DNA of 64,000 nucleotides, from assembly GCA_965227775.1 (NCBI GenBank), contig OZ245777.1, forward strand, positions 896,001 to 960,000, in the 5' to 3' direction. A program made the position numbers and the translations under genes. The stretch comes from Phycisphaerales bacterium (GTDB taxonomy: Bacteria; Planctomycetota; Phycisphaerae; Phycisphaerales; UBA1924). Positions 49,131 through 59,496 of the stretch are shown in pieces (the stretch's first letter is position 1; each line of letters begins with the position of its first letter). Below the pieces are notes generated by a model. It worked only from the letters and a program-made list of their open reading frames with translations, ran no database searches and was not told where the DNA came from.

Positions 49131-50045
49131 ATGGCAACCCAACGACCCCGCAAGCTTGGCCGAGGACTCTCCAGCCTGCTCGAAGACGCGGCTCCGTCGC
49201 GCGTCGAGATTTCAAGTCCACAATTATCGGACGACAAAGATGGTATCAGGGAAATCCTGATAAATGACATCCGGCCAAACTCGTTCCAGCCACGCATCAA
49301 GTTCGATGATCGGCACCTGGCTGAGCTGGCGGCATCGATCAAGCTCGCGGGGCTTATGCAGCCCATTGTCGTGCGCCCGGTGGATGGCGGGAAGTTCGAG
49401 CTGATTGCAGGCGAGCGGCGGTGGCGAGCCTGCCGGATGGCCGGGCTTGCCACGGTGCCGGCGATCGTGCGCGAGGCCGACGATCGCAACTCTGCCGAGC
49501 TCGCGCTCATCGAGAACGTGCAGCGGACGGATCTGAACCCGATCGAGCGGGCCAACGCGTTCCGCGCGCTCATGGGCAAGTTCTCGATGACCCAGTCCGA
49601 CGTTGCCGACCGGGTGGGCCTTGATCGCTCCTCGGTCGCCAATCTGCTGCGACTTCTTGAGTTGCCCGAGGACATCCAGAACATGATCTCCGACGGCGTG
49701 CTCTCCGCAGGTCATGGCAAGATGCTGGCATCGGTGGGAGATGACTCGCAGCGACGCGCGCTCGTGGAGCGCATCGTGCGCGAGCACTTATCGGTACGTC
49801 AGACGGAGAAGGCCGTACGTGACATCGCCCAGCGCACCAAGGCCGGCGATGGCGTGAAGGCGACGGACGGAACCGAAAGCGACGCGAACATTCGCGATCT
49901 CGAAGCAAAGCTGGGCGAGCACCTCAAGACGCGGGTTCGCATCGATGTTTCGGGCAAAGGCGACAAGGGCAAGCTCGTCATCGAGTTCTACGACCTCGAG
50001 CACTTTGACGGCCTGATGCGCGCGATGGGATTCGAATCCCAATAG
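49131..50045 (+). CDS. parB: Chromosome partitioning protein ParB
   Basis: LGRGLSSLL, QPR, QPIVVR, GERRWRA, ENVQR.DL.PIE, RSSVANLLRLL, GH. Confidence 0.96.
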   Translation: MATQRPRKLGRGLSSLLEDAAPSRVEISSPQLSDDKDGIREILINDIRPNSFQPRIKFDDRHLAELAASIKLAGLMQPIVVRPVDGGKFELIAGERRWRACRMAGLATVPAIVREADDRNSAELALIENVQRTDLNPIERANAFRALMGKFSMTQSDVADRVGLDRSSVANLLRLLELPEDIQNMISDGVLSAGHGKMLASVGDDSQRRALVERIVREHLSVRQTEKAVRDIAQRTKAGDGVKATDGTESDANIRDLEAKLGEHLKTRVRIDVSGKGDKGKLVIEFYDLEHFDGLMRAMGFESQ

Positions 50046-50184
50046 CAGGTTCTATGAAATCACTTTTATCATCACCTGTCGCTTCGATGCGTCAGGGATG
50101 ATAACATCCCTCTTCTCGGGGGTACTCGCGGCGCGCACTTCGTTGCTCGTCTGCCCAATATCTGTTCGTACCCTCGGAGCACGC

Positions 50185-50793
50185 ATGGCACGTACGAAGA
50201 AGACCTCGAAGCGATCGACAAGCCGTTCGAAGGCAACGCCGTCGCTGAAGAACCTTACTGTTTCTGAGTTGCACGATGAACTCGAGCGTCGGCGCGAGGC
50301 CGCCGTCGAGCTGGCCGAAGAGCGCGCCGAGTTGCTCGACCGCGTCGCCGAGATCGACGACTACCTCGCCGAGCTTGGCGTGAGCACGACTACGGGTCGC
50401 TCGCGCGGCCGTCCGCGCAAGACATCGGCGAAGGCAACTCGCGCCCACGGCGGTGGGCGAAGCCGCGCAACCAAGAAGGCCGGCAAGAAGACGAGCAAGC
50501 GTGCGACGTCGCGGAAGACTTCCTCGCGCTCGGTCTCGAAAAAGGTGAGCGTCAAGAAGCCGACCAAGCCGCGTGGTTCGCGCAAGCGCCATCGCAACGA
50601 CACGAACCTTGTCGAGGCGCTGCAGCAGGTGCTCAGCGGCACGACCATGGGCGTAACCGAGGCGGCCGCCGCGGTGCAGGCTGCGGGCTACAAGACGACG
50701 AGCCCCAACTTCCGCACCATCGTCAACCAGACGCTCATCAAGCACTCCGATGCCTTCAGCAAGAAGAGCCGCGGCAAGTACACCGCAAAGTAA
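50185..50793 (+). CDS. Candidate nucleoid protein: coiled coil, basic linker and C-terminal winged helix (Rok-like layout)
   Basis: LTVSELHDELERR coiled coil; GRPRK AT-hook-like motif; K/S/T linker; ...GYKTTSPNFRTIVNQTL...RGKY; GGAG SD. Confidence 0.75.
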   Translation: MARTKKTSKRSTSRSKATPSLKNLTVSELHDELERRREAAVELAEERAELLDRVAEIDDYLAELGVSTTTGRSRGRPRKTSAKATRAHGGGRSRATKKAGKKTSKRATSRKTSSRSVSKKVSVKKPTKPRGSRKRHRNDTNLVEALQQVLSGTTMGVTEAAAAVQAAGYKTTSPNFRTIVNQTLIKHSDAFSKKSRGKYTAK

Positions 50794-50809
50794 GCCCGTT
50801 CTCTGACTC

Positions 50810-52486
50810 TCACCTGGTTGTCGGGCCGCGCGTCGCCGCGGGGTCGTGATCGCGTTCGGGGTCGGTCGGCAGCACGATCGTGAAGGTCGACCCCTTCCCG
50901 GGTTCGCTCGAGATCGTGATGCGCCCGCGGTGGTCTTCGACGACGCGCTTGGTGACGGCCAGGCCGAGGCCCGTGCCGCGCACGCCCTTGCTCGTCTGGA
51001 AGGGTTCGAAGATCGACTTGTGGCGGTCCTTGGGGATGCCCGGGCCGTTGTCGATTACCATGACGTGCGCCTCGCCCGGGCTGCCCGGCCCGCGCGAGTC
51101 CGGCTCCTCGTAGTGCAGGCGCACGGTGATCGAGCCGTTGCCCTGCGGCACGGCTTCGAGCGCGTTGGTCAGCAGGTTCATGAGCGCCTGGTGGATGAGT
51201 GATGCGTCGATCGGTACTGGGGGCACCTCGTCCTCGGCGTCGACGATGAGGGCGACGCCCGCCTGCTCGCACACGGTCTCGAGCAGCTGCGCGCACTCCT
51301 CGATGAGCGGGCGAAGGAACGTGAACTCGATCTCCACCTGGCGTTGGCGGCTGAATGCGAGCATGTTGGTGGTCAGGCCCGCGATGCGGTCGAGGTTGCG
51401 CTTCAGGATGCCCCAGCCCTGCCGCGAGATGTCGAGATCTTCGCGGTCGAGGCCCATCTCGACCAGGTCGGCTCCGCCACTAAGGCCTTGCAGGATGTTC
51501 TTGATCGAGTGGCTGAGGCTTGCGACGGTCTGGCCCATCGCGGCCAGGCGTTCGGTCTGCAGCTTGCCTTGGTGCAATTGGAGATTCGAGAGCGCGATGC
51601 CCGCCTGCTGTCCCACGGCGTGGAGCAATCGCAGTTGCTCGTCGGTAAAGGTCTGGTCGGTCGCTGAGGTATCGATGTAGATCGCACCGAATACGGTCGC
51701 GCGGTGCTCGATGGGCACGCAGATAGCGCTGCGGATGCGAAGGTTCTGCACCGAGTCTCCCGAGGCAAAACGCGGGTCGGTCATCGCATTGGTCGAGAGC
51801 ACGGCCTCTCCAGTGCGCACGGCGTGCAACAGGATGGTCCGGCTGACCTGGATGCGGTCGTCCTCGCGGCCCTTGATGAGCGCTCGGTTCTTGACGGCGC
51901 CGGGCACGAGTTTGCCCTTCTCATCAACGAGCATGACCACGCCGCGCTCGGGCCTGAACTCTTCAAAGATGAGTTCGAGCAGCCCGTGCAGCAGCGCCCC
52001 GCGCGTAACGGACTTGGCGGCCAGCTCGGTGATCTGGTAGACAACGCGCAGGTACTCGAGCGCGTGCTGCTCGGCTGGCGCACCCGTGCCGTTGGTGGCG
52101 GTGGGGGTGTCGCTCGATCTCTTCAGGGTTGCATCGACGCTGGTGGCGATCTCGCCAGGTCTCAAGAGCTCGATCATGTCGAACTCGTCGACGATGCTCG
52201 AGCGTCCGAAGGCGAGCGTGGTCTGGCCGACGGTGATGGTGTCGCCGGTGCGCAGGCGGATGCGGCCCTCGATGGGCTTGCCGTTCACCAGCGTGCCGTT
52301 CTGGCTGTCGAGATCTCGCAGGTACCACTCGCCGCGATCGGGCGTGAGTTCGGCATGGCGGCGACTGACGGCCTGGTCGCCGAGCGGCAGGGCCTCGCTC
52401 GAGCGGCCGAGCATCTGCGGCTCGTTAACGGGCAGCTCGAATCGCTTGCCCTTGGTGGGCCCCTCGATGACGGTCAGCACCAGCAC
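50810..52486 (-). CDS. FHA-GAF histidine kinase
   Basis: LGRS...VSRRHA, DLDSQNGTLVNG (FHA); SRTI..SVQ..RIRSAICVP (GAF); SHSIKNIL, NLLTNA, GTGLGL. Confidence 0.9.
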   Translation of the reverse strand: MLVLTVIEGPTKGKRFELPVNEPQMLGRSSEALPLGDQAVSRRHAELTPDRGEWYLRDLDSQNGTLVNGKPIEGRIRLRTGDTITVGQTTLAFGRSSIVDEFDMIELLRPGEIATSVDATLKRSSDTPTATNGTGAPAEQHALEYLRVVYQITELAAKSVTRGALLHGLLELIFEEFRPERGVVMLVDEKGKLVPGAVKNRALIKGREDDRIQVSRTILLHAVRTGEAVLSTNAMTDPRFASGDSVQNLRIRSAICVPIEHRATVFGAIYIDTSATDQTFTDEQLRLLHAVGQQAGIALSNLQLHQGKLQTERLAAMGQTVASLSHSIKNILQGLSGGADLVEMGLDREDLDISRQGWGILKRNLDRIAGLTTNMLAFSRQRQVEIEFTFLRPLIEECAQLLETVCEQAGVALIVDAEDEVPPVPIDASLIHQALMNLLTNALEAVPQGNGSITVRLHYEEPDSRGPGSPGEAHVMVIDNGPGIPKDRHKSIFEPFQTSKGVRGTGLGLAVTKRVVEDHRGRITISSEPGKGSTFTIVLPTDPERDHDPAATRGPTTR

Positions 52487-52537
52487 GCCCTTGGTATACG
52501 CCCGCCGAGGCGGCTCGGTCGCATATCGTGACGACCG

Positions 52538-53584
52538 ATGGCCAAGCGAGCCCCGAGCAAGTCGAGCAGGCCGGCCGCCCCGGACGGGAGCGAGCGGGTG
52601 GCGATCCTCAAGGGTCGCGAGGCGTTCCTGCGTCAGCACTATCTCGACAAGCTTCGCGAGGCCCTGGGCGAGGCGACGGGGATGGAGGTCCACACCATCC
52701 GCTTCGACGGCGAGTCGGCCGAGCTTGCCGACGTGCTCGATGAGTGCCGCAGCCCGGGTTTGCTGCCCGTGCACAAGCTGGTGGTGGTGGACAGCGCGGA
52801 CAAGTTCGTGAAGGAGGCCACGCGGCCGGCCTTGGAGAAGTACGCCGACGCCCCCGATGACCGGGCGACGCTGGTGTTGCGTTCAGAAACGTGGCGGCCC
52901 GGCCGGCTGGACAAGGCGGTGGAGAAGGTTGGCAAGGTGATCTCGTGCGAGGCGGTGGGGCCGCAGCAGGCTGCCCAGTGGGCCACGGCGCGGGCCAAGG
53001 GCTTCCACAAGGTGAACCTGCAGGCCGACGCCGCGCGGCTGCTTGTCGACTTTGTGGGTGTCGATCTTGCGCGCCTCGATGCCGAGCTTGGCAAGCTGGC
53101 GACCGATTCCACCGGGCCGCTGGACGCGCCGGAGATCTCGGTTGAGCTCGTGCAGACGCACGTGCGCGCGACGCGCGAGGCCGAAAAGCCCTGGCCGTTG
53201 CAAGACGAGATCATGTCGGGCGATCCTGCGAGAGCGCTGGCGTACGTCGAGCTGTGGATGGGCAACGCGCCGCGCGATCAGGCGGTGCCGGCGATGTGGG
53301 CGTGCGTTGATCTGACGCGCGTGCTGGCGACGGCGGCGCGGATGGCCCAGGCCGGCGCGCCCGAGGGAGCCATCGCCAAGAAGCTCAACATCTGGCCCGC
53401 CCAGAAGGGCGGCGCCATCGTGCGGGCCGCCAAGCGGCTTGGGCCCGCGGGCGCGGCGCGGCTGCACGCGAGCGCGTGCGAGGCAGACGCGGCCATGAAG
53501 CGCGGCGCGCCCGGCCGGCGGACGCTCGAGCGGCTGTGCGTCGAAATCGCAAGCCGCGTGAGCGGGCGGCCCGATACCCGGTGA
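52538..53584 (+). CDS. holA: DNA polymerase III delta subunit
   Basis: LKGREAFLR, FDGE..EL.DVLDEC.SPGL, KLVVVD.AD, G.DL..L..EL.KL. Confidence 0.8.
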   Translation: MAKRAPSKSSRPAAPDGSERVAILKGREAFLRQHYLDKLREALGEATGMEVHTIRFDGESAELADVLDECRSPGLLPVHKLVVVDSADKFVKEATRPALEKYADAPDDRATLVLRSETWRPGRLDKAVEKVGKVISCEAVGPQQAAQWATARAKGFHKVNLQADAARLLVDFVGVDLARLDAELGKLATDSTGPLDAPEISVELVQTHVRATREAEKPWPLQDEIMSGDPARALAYVELWMGNAPRDQAVPAMWACVDLTRVLATAARMAQAGAPEGAIAKKLNIWPAQKGGAIVRAAKRLGPAGAARLHASACEADAAMKRGAPGRRTLERLCVEIASRVSGRPDTR

Positions 53585-53644
53585 GTTCACTCGCGGGGCG
53601 GAGGCCCCGGCCCCTATCGCGTGCCAGCGTCGCAGGAGGCGACC

Positions 53645-54802
53645 ATGGACCACCGCCGCATCTTGTTGTGCACGAGCGTCTCATGCGTGCTCGGGCTGTC
53701 TGCCTGCCAGACCCAGCCCGGCAGTGCGGGTGATGGTGCGCCCAGTTCGGCCCTTGAGGACCTGGCCGATCCGCCGCGCGATCCGGCCGCCACGCCTGCT
53801 GGCGAGACTGGGGGGCGATCCCTCGCCGAGATGATGCGGCAATCGGCCGACGACCTGAGCCAGATCATCGCGATGCAGGGCGAGACGCCGCCGCATGGCT
53901 CCGAGGGGGCTGGGTCATCGGGCGAGCGCCGGTCGTGGCAGGACCGCATGGACGAGCAGGATGATGCGGCGCCGACCGTCAGGGCGGACATGGAGCCGCC
54001 CAAGCCCAGCGGGCCCGACGCGACCGAGATCGAAACCTCGGAGAAGACGCCACCGCCGGATCCGATCCAGGGCGTGCTGGAGTATCTCGAGCGGCAATCG
54101 ACCGACCCGGAGCGCGCGTTCTCGGCGGAGCTGCTGGCCGACGCGGTTCGTGAGTTCGCCGATCGGCACGACCATGGCCGCCCGGGCCAGCAGCTGAGCC
54201 CCACCGAGCGCGATCTTGCCGAGTCTCTGGCGCCGCTCCTGCAGGCGCTCGCGGCTGGGGACCGGGCCGACGCGCCGCGGCGGATCGCCGAGGCCATCGA
54301 CGACGTGGCGCGTGCGCTGCCCGACGTGCTGCCCATCAGGATCAACGACGCGGCGCTCGCGACGGATATCTATGGGTTCGCCGCGTATCGCCCGTTCGAG
54401 CGGTACACCTTCCTTGCCGGTCGGAGCAATCGCATGCTGCTCTACACCGAGCCGGCCAGCTTCAGGACGAGCCTTGCCGCCGAGCCCGCCAGCCGGGGCG
54501 AGGCGTCGAATCCCGGCGCGTACGAGGTGGTGCTGGGGCTGGAGCTGCGGCTGTTCAACGAGCGCGGCTCGATGCTGGCCTGGCGCAAGCCCGAGGAGCG
54601 GGTGGTCATCCGGAGCGATCGGCCCAAGGGCGAGATTTATCTGGGCACGGTCATCGATCTGCCGGCCACGCTCAGCGTGGGGCGGTACCAGCTGAAGGTC
54701 ATCGTGCGGGACAAGGCCGACGATTCGGAAGATGAACGGGTCATCCCCATCGAGATCGTGGCCGACCCACGGCTCGTGGGCCGATCGACCCGCGACCGCT
54801 GA
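53645..54802 (+). CDS. Putative lipoprotein with C-terminal Ig-like domain
   Basis: GGAGG SD; lipobox LSAC; disordered linker; LP..LSVGRYQLKVIVRD. Confidence 0.75.
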   Translation: MDHRRILLCTSVSCVLGLSACQTQPGSAGDGAPSSALEDLADPPRDPAATPAGETGGRSLAEMMRQSADDLSQIIAMQGETPPHGSEGAGSSGERRSWQDRMDEQDDAAPTVRADMEPPKPSGPDATEIETSEKTPPPDPIQGVLEYLERQSTDPERAFSAELLADAVREFADRHDHGRPGQQLSPTERDLAESLAPLLQALAAGDRADAPRRIAEAIDDVARALPDVLPIRINDAALATDIYGFAAYRPFERYTFLAGRSNRMLLYTEPASFRTSLAAEPASRGEASNPGAYEVVLGLELRLFNERGSMLAWRKPEERVVIRSDRPKGEIYLGTVIDLPATLSVGRYQLKVIVRDKADDSEDERVIPIEIVADPRLVGRSTRDR

Positions 54803-54976
54803 TCATCCGTATAGATACATGATCGGACGAGACCCCTGCCGCATCGGCAGTGGGTGGCGGGTCCGATCACGATCCGGCCGGCTGTCTGCTAAGGGAGATC
54901 ATGCCAGCCGGGCCCCCGGTGGTGTTTTGGGGCCGCCGGGGGAGAAAGTACGCATCGGGGCGGTCGGTTTGAGGAA

Positions 54977-54993
54977 TTGGCACGGGCCATGCA
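54977..54993 (+). promoter_or_regulatory. Sigma-54 (-24/-12) promoter candidate upstream of clpC
   Basis: TTGGCACGGGCCATGCA with correct GG-N10-GC spacing. Confidence 0.6.
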
Positions 54994-55130
54994 ACCGATA
55001 CCCCGGAATGTGCCGTTGATCGGCGGGCTTGGTGCCTTCGGTCTTCGGCTCCGCCGCGGGGCAGGAAGGCCTGCTCCGGTGCATGGATCGGACGGCGTTT
55101 GTTCGGTTCGATCCCCATGGAGGTGCGGCT

Positions 55131-57698
55131 ATGTTCGAGCGATTCACTGACCGAGCCCGCAAGGTGATGGGCCTTGCCAACCAGGAAGCCCAGCGCCTCA
55201 ACCACGAGTACATCGGGACCGAGCACATCCTGCTGGGCCTGGTGAAGGAAGGCTCGGGTGTTGGCGCCAACGTGCTGAAGAATCTCGATGTGGACCTTCG
55301 CAAGGTCCGCCTCGAGGTCGAGAAGCTCGTGAAGGCGGGGCCAGAGATGGTCACGATGGGCAAGCTTCCCCAGACGCCGCGCGCCAAGAAGGTCATCGAG
55401 TACGCAATCGAAGAGGCGCGCAGCCTCAACCACAACTACGTCGGCACCGAGCACCTGCTGCTGGGCCTGTTGCGTGAGCAGGACGGCGTGGCCGCCCAGG
55501 TGCTGCGCAACCTTGGCCTGAAGCTCGACGAGGTTCGCGAGGAGGTCCTGAACCTGCTCGGCGCTTCGGGCGAGGGCGGCGGCGGTGGCGAGGAAGGCTT
55601 CGCCAGCGCGGGCGTCTCGGGTGGCAGCAGCAGCGAGGGCCGCAAGGGCAAGAGCCGCACGCCGGCGCTCGACAGCTTCGGCCGCGACCTGACCGAGCTT
55701 GCCAAGGAGAGCTCGCTCGACCCGGTGATCGGGCGTGCGAAGGAGATCGAGCGCGTGGTGCAGATTCTGTGCCGCCGCACGAAGAACAACCCCGTGCTGC
55801 TGGGCGAGGCCGGCGTTGGCAAGACCGCCATCGTCGAGGGCATGGCCCAGCGCATCATCTCGGGCGATGTTCCCGAGATCTTGCACGAGAAGCGCATCGT
55901 GGTGCTCGACCTGGCGATGATGGTCGCCGGCACGAAGTACCGCGGCCAGTTCGAGGAGCGCATCAAGGCCGTGATGAACGAGGTTCGTCGCGCCAAGAAC
56001 GTCATCCTGTTCATCGACGAGCTGCACACGCTCGTGGGTGCCGGTGGTGCCGAGGGCGCGATCGACGCGAGTAACGTCTTGAAGCCCGCGCTGGCTCGCG
56101 GTGAGATCCAGTGCATCGGTGCGACGACCTTCGACGAGTACCGCAAGTACATCGAGAAGGACGCGGCTCTGGCGCGTCGCTTCCAGGCCATCCCGGTCGA
56201 CCCGCCCAACGACGAGCAGACCGTTGAGATCATCAAGGGCCTGCGCGATCGCTACGAGCAGCACCACCGTGTGCGCATCACCGACGATGCCGTCCGCGCC
56301 GCGGTCGAGCTCAGCGGACGGTACATCTCCGGTCGCGTGCAGCCCGACAAGTCGATCGACGTGATCGATGAGGCGGGCGCCCGCGTACGCATCAAGAGCA
56401 TGAGCAAGCCGCCGGACCTCGCCGAGATCGAGAGCGAGGTCGAGCGTCTGGGCGTCGAGAAGGACGAGGCAGTAAAGGCCGCGGACTACGAGCGTGCCGC
56501 CGAGTTGCGCGACCAGGCCGAGCAGCTTCGCAAGAAGAAGGAAGAGATCCAGAAGACCTGGCGCGAGAAGTCCAAGGAGATCGACGGTACCGTCGACGAG
56601 GACATCATCGCCGAGGTCGTTTCGAGCATGACCGGCGTGCCGCTGCAGCGCCTGGAGAGCGAGGAGGCCGACCGCCTGCTCAAGCTCGAGAGCGAGCTGC
56701 ACAAGAAGGTCATCAGCCAGGAAGACGCCATCAAGGCCGTCGCCAAGGCGATCCGTCGTGCCCGTGCGGGCCTGAAGGATCCCAAGCGTCCGATGGGCAG
56801 CTTCATCTTCGTCGGTCCGTCCGGCGTGGGCAAGACGCTGCTGAGCAAGGCGCTGGCCGAGTTCATGTTCGGCGACGAGGACGCCCTCGTGCACCTGGAC
56901 ATGAGCGAGTACATGGAGAAGCACAACGTCAGCCGCCTCATCGGCGCGCCTCCGGGCTACGTCGGCTATGAGGAGGGCGGGCAGCTCACCGAGCGCATCC
57001 GCCGGCGCCCCTACAGCGTCGTGCTGCTCGATGAGGTCGAGAAGGCCCACCCGGACGTCTTCAACATGCTGCTGCAGATCATGGAAGAGGGCCGCCTGAC
57101 CGACTCGTTCGGCCGGAACGTCGACTTCCGCAACACGATCATGATCATGACCAGCAACATCGGTGCTGACCTGATCAAGGGCGGCGGTGGCTTCGGCTTC
57201 CAGAAGCGCTCGACGGACGTGGACTACGACAACATCAAGGGCATCCTGATGAAGGAGATCGAGCGGTTCTTCCGCCCCGAATTCATCAACCGCCTCGATG
57301 ACACGATCGTGTTCCGCCCGCTGACCCGCGACGACCTGGTGCAGATCATCGAGTACGAGGTCAAGAAGGTTGCCGACCGGCTGCGTATCCAGAACATTAC
57401 GATGGAGCTGGACCAGCCGGCAAAGGACTTCCTGATCGACAAGGGTTACAACCCCGACTTCGGTGCCCGGCCGCTGCGCCGAGCGATCGGCCAGTACATC
57501 GAAGACCCGCTCAGCGAGATGTTGCTGTCGGGCGAGATCCAGGGCCGCACGCTCATCAAGGTGACGCGCAAGGGTGAGGACGAGAACCTGTTCTTCAACA
57601 CCGAGAGCCTGCCCGAGCCGCCCAAGGACGAGGACGGCGACGAAGGCGACAAGGGAACGGGCGACACGCCCGTGTCGGCAGGGGCCGAATCGACCTGA
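55131..57698 (+). CDS. clpC: ATP-dependent Clp protease ATP-binding subunit ClpC
   Basis: [12 protein letters not shown], two Clp-N repeats, [11 protein letters not shown] (YERAAELRD), [15 protein letters not shown] ClpP loop, GARPLRR. Confidence 0.96.
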   Translation: MFERFTDRARKVMGLANQEAQRLNHEYIGTEHILLGLVKEGSGVGANVLKNLDVDLRKVRLEVEKLVKAGPEMVTMGKLPQTPRAKKVIEYAIEEARSLNHNYVGTEHLLLGLLREQDGVAAQVLRNLGLKLDEVREEVLNLLGASGEGGGGGEEGFASAGVSGGSSSEGRKGKSRTPALDSFGRDLTELAKESSLDPVIGRAKEIERVVQILCRRTKNNPVLLGEAGVGKTAIVEGMAQRIISGDVPEILHEKRIVVLDLAMMVAGTKYRGQFEERIKAVMNEVRRAKNVILFIDELHTLVGAGGAEGAIDASNVLKPALARGEIQCIGATTFDEYRKYIEKDAALARRFQAIPVDPPNDEQTVEIIKGLRDRYEQHHRVRITDDAVRAAVELSGRYISGRVQPDKSIDVIDEAGARVRIKSMSKPPDLAEIESEVERLGVEKDEAVKAADYERAAELRDQAEQLRKKKEEIQKTWREKSKEIDGTVDEDIIAEVVSSMTGVPLQRLESEEADRLLKLESELHKKVISQEDAIKAVAKAIRRARAGLKDPKRPMGSFIFVGPSGVGKTLLSKALAEFMFGDEDALVHLDMSEYMEKHNVSRLIGAPPGYVGYEEGGQLTERIRRRPYSVVLLDEVEKAHPDVFNMLLQIMEEGRLTDSFGRNVDFRNTIMIMTSNIGADLIKGGGGFGFQKRSTDVDYDNIKGILMKEIERFFRPEFINRLDDTIVFRPLTRDDLVQIIEYEVKKVADRLRIQNITMELDQPAKDFLIDKGYNPDFGARPLRRAIGQYIEDPLSEMLLSGEIQGRTLIKVTRKGEDENLFFNTESLPEPPKDEDGDEGDKGTGDTPVSAGAEST

Positions 57699-57722
57699 TC
57701 GTTGACGGCATTGCATGAATCA

Positions 57723-57761
57723 ACAACGCCCGGTCGCGTGTTGCGGCCGGGCGTTGTGTTT
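57723..57761. terminator. Terminator hairpin between convergent clpC and dockerin gene
   Basis: ACAACGCCCGGTCGC-GTGTT-GCGGCCGGGCGTTGT-GTTT. Confidence 0.75.
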
Positions 57762-57783
57762 GTCTAGGCCTTGTCGAATGCGT

Positions 57784-58455
57784 CTACTCGCAGCCGAGAT
57801 CGAACTGGTTCTGGAAGCACAGGAAATCGAAGATGGTCAGCGCGCCGTCCTCGTCACAGTCGGCGATGAGATCGCCGGCGTCGAATGCGTTCTGGAACGC
57901 GAGGAAGTCGAAGATGGTGAGTGAGCCGTCTTCGTCGAAGTCGGCGTAGCACGACCCGCCCTCAACCAGGATGTTGTCGAGGCTGAAGAGCCAGCCGTCG
58001 CCGCCGCCCGAGTCGATCTCGATTCGATCGACCGAGGACAGGCCGTCAAACACCAGTCCGGGGAACCAGCTTGAGCCCGTCTGGGGCAGCATCTCGGTGC
58101 CGACAAGCGAGCTGCCCGCGTATAAGCGCATCGGGAAGTCCGAACCCGGGCTGCCGGCGGTATGCAAGTCGAACTCGATGAGGTTGATCGGCGGATCGAA
58201 CTCCATGATCAGCGTCAGGCCGCGGTCGCCGGCGGTGCCACCTGCCGTGGCGTTGCAGACCGACAGCGTACCGAAGTACGACGCGTAGCCCGAGATCGAC
58301 GCCGAGCCAACGTTCGTGCTGAACGTCACGCCCTGGGAGGCGTACTCGTCGGTGATGGGCTGGCCTTCGAAGCCGTCTTCGAAGTCGATGACCTGCGCCT
58401 GCACGGAGCCGCAGGCAACCAAGAACGCGGTAGCGAGACCGATCGTTGTTTTCAT
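57784..58455 (-). CDS. Secreted GC-type dockerin protein, paralog of 58609-59166
   Basis: Signal peptide; IDFE...DNI beta domain; CYADFDEDGSLTIFDFL...FDLGCE. Confidence 0.88.
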   Translation of the reverse strand: MKTTIGLATAFLVACGSVQAQVIDFEDGFEGQPITDEYASQGVTFSTNVGSASISGYASYFGTLSVCNATAGGTAGDRGLTLIMEFDPPINLIEFDLHTAGSPGSDFPMRLYAGSSLVGTEMLPQTGSSWFPGLVFDGLSSVDRIEIDSGGGDGWLFSLDNILVEGGSCYADFDEDGSLTIFDFLAFQNAFDAGDLIADCDEDGALTIFDFLCFQNQFDLGCE

Positions 58456-58552
58456 GTCGAAACCCCCTTTGAGGGCCACACGCGGCCCCAGTATGTTCAT
58501 GCTAATGAAAACTGCATCCGAATGCAAGGTCGATTGTCGTGTGTACGCAATG

Positions 58553-58580
58553 AAAAGGACGCCCCGGTTGGGGCGTCCTT
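58553..58580 (-). terminator. Intrinsic terminator between PEP-CTERM gene and dockerin paralog
   Basis: Minus strand AAGGACGCCCC-AACC-GGGGCGTCCTTTT. Confidence 0.75.
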
Positions 58581-58608
58581 CGTTCAACGTACGCGATTGG
58601 TCCGAGAC

Positions 58609-59166
58609 CTAGCGACGGCGACGCATGGCGACCATGCCGCCCAGGCCCAACAGGGCGAGCGACGAGGGCGCGGGAATCTGGACATAGTCCATGTTGTCAA
58701 CGCCGAAGATCCAGGAGTCGCTCACCGAATCGATCTCGACGCGGGTGACGTTCGCCAGACCGCTGAAGTTGATGTCGGTCACGAACGCGGTGCCGGCCTG
58801 GGGCAGTATGTCGGTGGAGACGAGGCCGCCGGAGTTGAAGAAGCGGATCTCGAAGTCCGCTCCGGGCGTGCCGGCGCTGTTGAAGTCGAACTCCAGCTCG
58901 GTGATGGGCGTGGTGAAGTCCATGTTCAGCGTCAGCGCGCGATCACCCAAGGTGCCACCGTCCGTGGCGTTGGCCAGGACGTCCGAGCCGAAGAAGCCCG
59001 AGAAGCTGCTGATCGATGCAGTGCCGCGGCTGGTCGAGAACTCGACGCCCAAGCCGGCGTACTGGGTGTCGACCGGGGTGCCTTCACCCAGTCCCTCAAA
59101 GTCGATGAGCTGGGCGTTGGCAACCGAAGCCAGCCCAGCCGCTGCAATGATTCCTGCGATACGCAT
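58609..59166 (-). CDS. PEP-CTERM-type sorting-signal protein
   Basis: Signal peptide; C-terminal IPAPSSLALLGLGGMVAMRRRR; AGGAG SD. Confidence 0.88.
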   Translation of the reverse strand: MRIAGIIAAAGLASVANAQLIDFEGLGEGTPVDTQYAGLGVEFSTSRGTASISSFSGFFGSDVLANATDGGTLGDRALTLNMDFTTPITELEFDFNSAGTPGADFEIRFFNSGGLVSTDILPQAGTAFVTDINFSGLANVTRVEIDSVSDSWIFGVDNMDYVQIPAPSSLALLGLGGMVAMRRRR

Positions 59167-59431
59167 GTCATCTCTCCTAACACATGTGTCGGCACGCCCG
59201 CCCACGAGACAGGCGTGCGGGACTATTCTAATAAGCGCGGGGCAGTAGCTACAAAATAACAAGCGATTTTGCTTGTTTTTTCCAGAATGCATGTTTGTGC
59301 GGTCTTCGTTGTGAATCTGCTGAATCTGGGGCACCAAGGAGAGCGGATTCCAGTTATTCGGACTGGTCAGTACTACACATCTCGACGGCCTGGCGGTGCC
59401 TCAACATGAAGCCAACAGGCACACCAACGCA

Positions 59432-59463
59432 AGAGGACCCACGCGGGCACGCGTGGGTCCTCT
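59432..59463 (-). terminator. Strong hairpin after dockerin gene 59497-60144
   Basis: AGAGGACCCACGCG-GGCA-CGCGTGGGTCCTCT (14-bp perfect stem). Confidence 0.7.
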
Positions 59464-59496
59464 CGATCGCGCACGAATGGCGTGGGTTGCGAGCGG

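Noticed and set aside
54867..57716. 949-aa ORF antisense to clpC, and many similar long antisense or alternative-frame ORFs
   Set aside because: Shadow ORFs expected from high-GC codon bias; no motifs, and they overlap clearly identified genes.
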